From an uncultured Granulosicoccus sp. (GTDB taxonomy: Bacteria > Planctomycetota > Planctomycetia > Pirellulales > Lacipirellulaceae): a stretch of 64,000 nucleotides of DNA. The DNA is taken from contig CAXMSB010000159.1 in the NCBI GenBank assembly GCA_964195615.1, forward strand, positions 1,747 to 65,746, read 5' to 3'. The notes beneath the pieces were generated by a model. It was given only the letters and a program-made list of their open reading frames with translations. It was not told the DNA's origin and did no database searches. Both the position numbers and the translations under genes were made by a program. Of the stretch, positions 59,807-64,000 are shown piece after piece (positions within the stretch are counted from its first letter, which is position 1; every line of letters begins with the position of its first letter).

Positions 59807-60085
59807 ATGACTCACGTTGTATGTGAACCTTGCTTTGGCTGCAAATACACCGATTGTGTGGTGGTTTGTCCGGTAGAGTGCTTCTACGAGGGCGAGCAGA
59901 TATTGTACATCCATGCCGATGAATGCATTGACTGCGAAGCATGCGTGCCGGAGTGCCCCGTCGAGGCGATCTTCCACGAAGACAACGTCCCCGAGGAATG
60001 GGCCGACTTCACGGCACTCAATGCCGAAATGGCCCCGCAGTGCCCGGTGATCACCGAAAAGAAAGAACCGCTGTGCGACACTTGA
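59807..60085 (+). CDS. 7Fe (FdxA-type) ferredoxin
   Basis: [18 protein letters not shown]; [12 protein letters not shown]. Confidence 0.96.
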   Translation: MTHVVCEPCFGCKYTDCVVVCPVECFYEGEQILYIHADECIDCEACVPECPVEAIFHEDNVPEEWADFTALNAEMAPQCPVITEKKEPLCDT

Positions 60086-60128
60086 GCGGTTGCTCGAACG
60101 TGTGCGGCTCAGCGTAAAAGAACATTCG

Positions 60129-60160
60129 CCGCCGTCCGTGTCTTTCGGACGGCGGTTTTT
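60129..60160. terminator. Terminator between convergent ferredoxin and HNH genes
   Basis: CCGCCGTCCG/CGGACGGCGG followed by TTTTTT. Confidence 0.85.
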
Positions 60161-60182
60161 TCGTTGTGCGACTCGCTTCTTG

Positions 60183-60815
60183 CTACTTCAGATCGACCGA
60201 CCAGTAGGCCGAGTCGAGGAATGTTTTCCAACTGGCGTACTTGGGATTGCCCAGCTTGATTGAGAGCAGCGGGCTTCGCTTGGGCCGCGTAGGCTTCTTG
60301 ATCAGCCTCATGCGCGCCTCTTTGGGAGTGCGGCCCCCCTTGCGGACGTTGCATTTTACGCACGCGCAAACCAGGTTTTCCCAACTCGTGCCGCCGCCCC
60401 GACAGGTGGGCAACACGTGGTCGAGGCTCAGTTCGGAAGTCGAGAAACGCTTGCCGCAGTACTGGCACAGATTGGCGTCACGGGCGAATATGTTGCGACG
60501 ATTCAAGCGTACCCGCTGCTTCGGCAAGCGATCGTAGTGCAACAGACGCAGCACGCGCGGCACGCACACCTCGAAGTTGACGCTGCGGATCCAATCTTCG
60601 TCGGGCCCCTTGAACCCGGCTTTCAGTTCGCTAACTTCCCGCCAGGAGTGAAAGTCGTAGTTGGCGTATTGGCCGTCCTCGATGTGAATCACTTCGGCGA
60701 TGCAATTCAGCAGCAAGCCGAAAGCTCGCCGGACGCCGACCACGTGAACCGCCATGTACTGGCGATTGAGAACTAAGACACTGGCATTGAGCCCACTGAC
60801 TGCGGCGGTCGACAT
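60183..60815 (-). CDS. HNH endonuclease
   Basis: VLVLN, NIFARD..CQYCG, LDHVLP..GG..SWENLV.AC..CN..KG. Confidence 0.93.
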   Translation of the reverse strand: MSTAAVSGLNASVLVLNRQYMAVHVVGVRRAFGLLLNCIAEVIHIEDGQYANYDFHSWREVSELKAGFKGPDEDWIRSVNFEVCVPRVLRLLHYDRLPKQRVRLNRRNIFARDANLCQYCGKRFSTSELSLDHVLPTCRGGGTSWENLVCACVKCNVRKGGRTPKEARMRLIKKPTRPKRSPLLSIKLGNPKYASWKTFLDSAYWSVDLK

Positions 60816-61489
60816 TACAACAAACCCTTCCCGTCCTATCCTATCACGGCATTCCTGCACGCTAGGTTGTAGCTCGCTCTCCTGCGATCAACGATTCGCC
60901 GCTGCCTGGTCAGTCGACTCAAGAGACGTGATCGCTTTACAAAGCGACCACGAACCTCGTCGACCTGGAAGGCAGACGTTGCCAGGCGGGTTGTGGCAAC
61001 ACCAGGCAATGCGGCGAGACCAACTGCCAGCTAAGCTCGCATACAACTCACCCAACCCAAAATGAAAAGGAGGTCGCATGGCGAATCTGTCGCTTAGTGA
61101 CACCTTCATTCTAGACAGCCTTGTCGAACAAAACCAGCAGACATTTCGTCCATTTTCATCGGCGTTTGGCTTTTCCCTCGCATCAGAACCCCAATTACCG
61201 CCGATACTTCGGTTTCTGTCGGGCCTGGTCCAAGGCTGCCTTGCCAGCTGGAGATACCGACAACGGTCGGCACAATGCGTTCTACCTGGCTCACGATCTG
61301 GGCACGCAATTTGCCCTCATCTTGAAACCGAATTCCAACCTGGAAAATATTCTTTTCTCAAAAGTGGACGAAAAAACCTGGAAAGATTGTCTTGCCCCTG
61401 GTCAATGATCCTCGCTAGGATAAATGAGGGTGCAGTTCTTATGTCTTTTTGGACTGCACGGGGCCTTTGTCTTTTGGGGAGTCGGTGTG

Positions 61490-61795
61490 ATGATTCATTA
61501 CACGTGCGATAGCTGCAGACGGACCATCGATCCGGAAGTTGAGCTCCGCTACGTTGTCCGTCTAGAAGTCTACGCTTCGCTCGAGCCGATCGAGGATGAA
61601 CTGCACGATGATCGCGATCATCTGCAGGAAATCCAAGAAATCCTCGAGCGGCTCGACGACGCCCAGGACGAGCAAGTCTGCGACGACGTGTATCACCACC
61701 AACGCTTCGATCTGTGCAGCGAGTGCCGTAAGAGGTATGTCAATAATCCTCTCGCTCGTCCGACGGCCCACCATCTCGATTTCAGCCAGAACTGA
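61490..61795 (+). CDS. Small CxxC...CxxC hypothetical protein
   Basis: YTCDSC ... FDLCSEC; acidic linker. Confidence 0.75.
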   Translation: MIHYTCDSCRRTIDPEVELRYVVRLEVYASLEPIEDELHDDRDHLQEIQEILERLDDAQDEQVCDDVYHHQRFDLCSECRKRYVNNPLARPTAHHLDFSQN

Positions 61796-61823
61796 TCTTT
61801 CCGCACTGTCAGGCTCTCGATTC

Positions 61824-62372
61824 ATGACCCGTCGTGTGCGACGCAACTCTTGGCCGCGGGCGATGGTCATTCTGGCGGTGCTATTGCTGGTTGCCATCCG
61901 CGGATGGAATGAGCGAGATTCTTTCGAGTCGCCCGATTCGCAGCAGACGCGTCGGGACGACGGCACGCTTGAGGCGGGCGAGTACCGAGTGTTGCGAGTG
62001 ATCGACGGCGACACGCTATTGCTGGAGCACGCCCGCACCCGGGTACGGCTACAGGGCATCGACACTCCCGAAACCGTCAAGGAAGACACAGCCGTCGAAG
62101 ACTGGGGGCCCGAGTCGACGCAGTACACCAAACGGTTTGTCCAAGATGCCGAAGGGCGCGTACGGATCGAAGTCGACGGCGAAGCCGTGGACCGCTACGG
62201 ACGTCAGTTGGTGTTCGTTTGGCTCAACGACCGGATGTTGAACGAGGAACTGGTGCGGCAAGGCCTAGCCCGGGCGAAGCTGGCCTACGACTACAGCGAA
62301 GCGAAGAAACAACGGCTGCGGGCAGCCGAAGACGAAGCACAGAGCAACAAGGTCGGCATTTGGAGTAAGTAG
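61824..62372 (+). CDS. Thermonuclease (SNase) family protein
   Basis: RVIDGDT, VRLQGIDTPE, DRYGR, NEELVRQGLA. Confidence 0.93.
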   Translation: MTRRVRRNSWPRAMVILAVLLLVAIRGWNERDSFESPDSQQTRRDDGTLEAGEYRVLRVIDGDTLLLEHARTRVRLQGIDTPETVKEDTAVEDWGPESTQYTKRFVQDAEGRVRIEVDGEAVDRYGRQLVFVWLNDRMLNEELVRQGLARAKLAYDYSEAKKQRLRAAEDEAQSNKVGIWSK

Positions 62373-62424
62373 TAAGCCGCGAGGCGCTAGCCGAGCGCTC
62401 GGCTAGCGCCTCGCGGCTTACTAC
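62369..62424. repeat. Perfect 56-bp palindrome between convergent genes
   Basis: GTAGTAAGCCGCGAGGCGCTAGCCGAGC followed by its exact reverse complement. Confidence 0.95.
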
Positions 62425-62439
62425 CTTCTGGTACTGGCG

Positions 62440-63570
62440 CTAGCGGACTAGAATCCCGCCGGGCGGTAGGCCTTGGGCGACCGGTTGTTGCGGTGGCGAC
62501 TGCCCCAGGGGCACGGCCGGATAGGTGGCCAGCGGGGTTGGGCCCGGATGCACGGGTGGCGGCGTTGCGAAAGCTGTAGCGCCGCGGACTGTCTCGGGCG
62601 TCAGCCCCACAAACGACGGCGAGGCCCCCGTCGACCAATCGTTGCTCCCCGCGCTGCTGATCGCTGGAAACGCTCCCGGCGGGGCCGTCCCCAGGTCGAT
62701 CTGCGGATAGCCGCTCAATGCGGGCAGGCTCCACAGAGCCGGATTGTTCGCCACTTGGTTCAAAGCGACCGTCCCCACGTCGATCGACAGCGACATCTGC
62801 GCCGCTGGCATCCGAATTTCCACTTCTTGCGGCAGCGACACACCCTGACCTGGGTAAAACCGATGAGAGCGAGCCACGGAGCTGGCCAGCAGCGTGCCCG
62901 AAGTGTCGTACACATGCTGCTCCAGCACCCAGGCCCGTCGGGCGTCGATCACGGTGCTCTTGGTCATCGTGCCGCTGCGGGTCTGTATCACCGAACGAAT
63001 TTCCACGGTACCGTCGCCATGGGGCAAGGGACCTTCGTGGCGGTCGTTCGGCGAGAACTGCATCATTCCCAGCGCATCGGAAAGCCAATGCGGCTCCACC
63101 GGCATCAACTGCTGCGCGGCGCTGCCGACGAATTGATCGTGTCGAGAGAAGTAGAGAGCCGGCGGATCGTTCCGTCGCACCCAAAACCAAAACAGCTCTT
63201 CGTTGCTGCCCAAGTCAACCTCGGGTCCAGTCAGCGCGGTCGACGCCTGCAAACGCAAGCGACCGGGCCGCTGGGCGGCGATGTTGCCACGCAGAAGCGG
63301 AATGGCTGGCATCCCCGGCACGGTGATCGACGCGTTGTTACTCTGGTAGCTGACGATCCGCGACGAATTCTGATTCACCGCGGCAATCACCTGCTCCAGC
63401 GACGAACCGGGCAGTAACACCTCAGGCGCGGGTGGGCCCAGCGATGTGGCAAACGGATTGCGGAACGATCGCGAACAGGTTGCCCCCGAGCCGCAAAACA
63501 AGAGCAGCACCAGCAGCAGGCCTTGGAGAGGCCCGCTCAACGCGGCGGCGGATCGAGACGTACTCGGCAT
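62440..63570 (-). CDS. Exported hypothetical protein (possibly LolA-like fold)
   Basis: Signal-like segment, RLRLQA...EVDLGSNEELFWFW, Pro-rich tail. Confidence 0.6.
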   Translation of the reverse strand: MPSTSRSAAALSGPLQGLLLVLLLFCGSGATCSRSFRNPFATSLGPPAPEVLLPGSSLEQVIAAVNQNSSRIVSYQSNNASITVPGMPAIPLLRGNIAAQRPGRLRLQASTALTGPEVDLGSNEELFWFWVRRNDPPALYFSRHDQFVGSAAQQLMPVEPHWLSDALGMMQFSPNDRHEGPLPHGDGTVEIRSVIQTRSGTMTKSTVIDARRAWVLEQHVYDTSGTLLASSVARSHRFYPGQGVSLPQEVEIRMPAAQMSLSIDVGTVALNQVANNPALWSLPALSGYPQIDLGTAPPGAFPAISSAGSNDWSTGASPSFVGLTPETVRGATAFATPPPVHPGPTPLATYPAVPLGQSPPQQPVAQGLPPGGILVR

Positions 63571-63577
63571 GCGTGTT

Positions 63578-64000
63578 TCAGTCCGTGGCAGGAATATCGG
63601 GCGGCGAATCGGTTTCTCCGTCGCCGTAGAGTAGATCGATCATCCGCTGCTGAAGCTGCTCAGCCTGTGCGGCGTCGGGCTCGGCCACGAGCAACTTGAA
63701 CTGTTCGTCGCGGCGCGGACAGAACACAGTCAGCACCTCGCGCCCGTCCTCATTCTGCTGGGCATGTTCGCGGCGCACCGCACGTCGCCGCAGCAGCAAG
63801 AGCCCCAACAGATATCGGAACGGCTCGTCCTCCGGTCGACCGTCCAGCGCGACGAACAGATTGAGCATCACGTCGGTCGGCGCCAGCTTGGGCTTGGAAC
63901 CATCCTTAACCGGCACGCGCGACCTCCACCAGCCCACGCTCTCCTCGGGACCGCCTTCCCACGCCTCGACACTGTAGTCGCGGCGCACGAGCTCAGCGCC
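63578..64000 (-). CDS. Hypothetical protein, 5' end beyond window
   Basis: Open frame to window edge; GWWRS, RYLLGLLLLRRR. Confidence 0.6.
   Translation of the reverse strand, partial: GAELVRRDYSVEAWEGGPEESVGWWRSRVPVKDGSKPKLAPTDVMLNLFVALDGRPEDEPFRYLLGLLLLRRRAVRREHAQQNEDGREVLTVFCPRRDEQFKLLVAEPDAAQAEQLQQRMIDLLYGDGETDSPPDIPATD

Noticed and set aside
61078-61512. 144-aa ORF
   Set aside because: No motifs; probably intergenic/promoter DNA.

Overview
GC-rich bacterial window, most likely a planctomycete (Pirellulales-like). This is inferred from the PEP-CTERM proteins, the integrase type and very large flagellar proteins; no database search was run. Left to right: (1) 1-5.7 kb accessory patch: C45 hydrolase with an apparent Cys->Arg nucleophile change, NylB-like fragment, OprB porin, two PEP-CTERM proteins and several palindromic repeats. 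(2) argS and rsfS. (3) An xoxF/J/G-like operon: PQQ alcohol dehydrogenase with the lanthanide D-x-D motif, a protein with three tandem XoxJ/MxaJ-like domains, and a diheme cytochrome c. (4) DMFase-like gene, truncated SDR and ACP. (5) Core genes: gpmI, NUDIX, degenerate site-2 protease, atypical pgk, redoxin, LarA-like, ygfZ, lptG. (6) A decayed integrative island at ~26.7-34.4 kb: four-fragment mosaic ORF, tRNA 3'-end remnant, ~245-bp inverted repeats around an IS110 and a cassette-like gene, frameshifted tyrosine integrase, and 5'-truncated comF. The IS110 left end holds a structured ncRNA with two exact 9-nt matches to the element's right junction (bridge-RNA-like). (7) DUF502 and hemC. (8) Flagellar cluster flgFGAHIJNKL-fliW-csrA-fliC-fliD-fliS. 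(9) mqnD, M20 amidohydrolase, ybdK, ECF sigma, 7Fe ferredoxin, HNH, SNase and hypotheticals. No CRISPR array, rRNA or complete tRNA was found.
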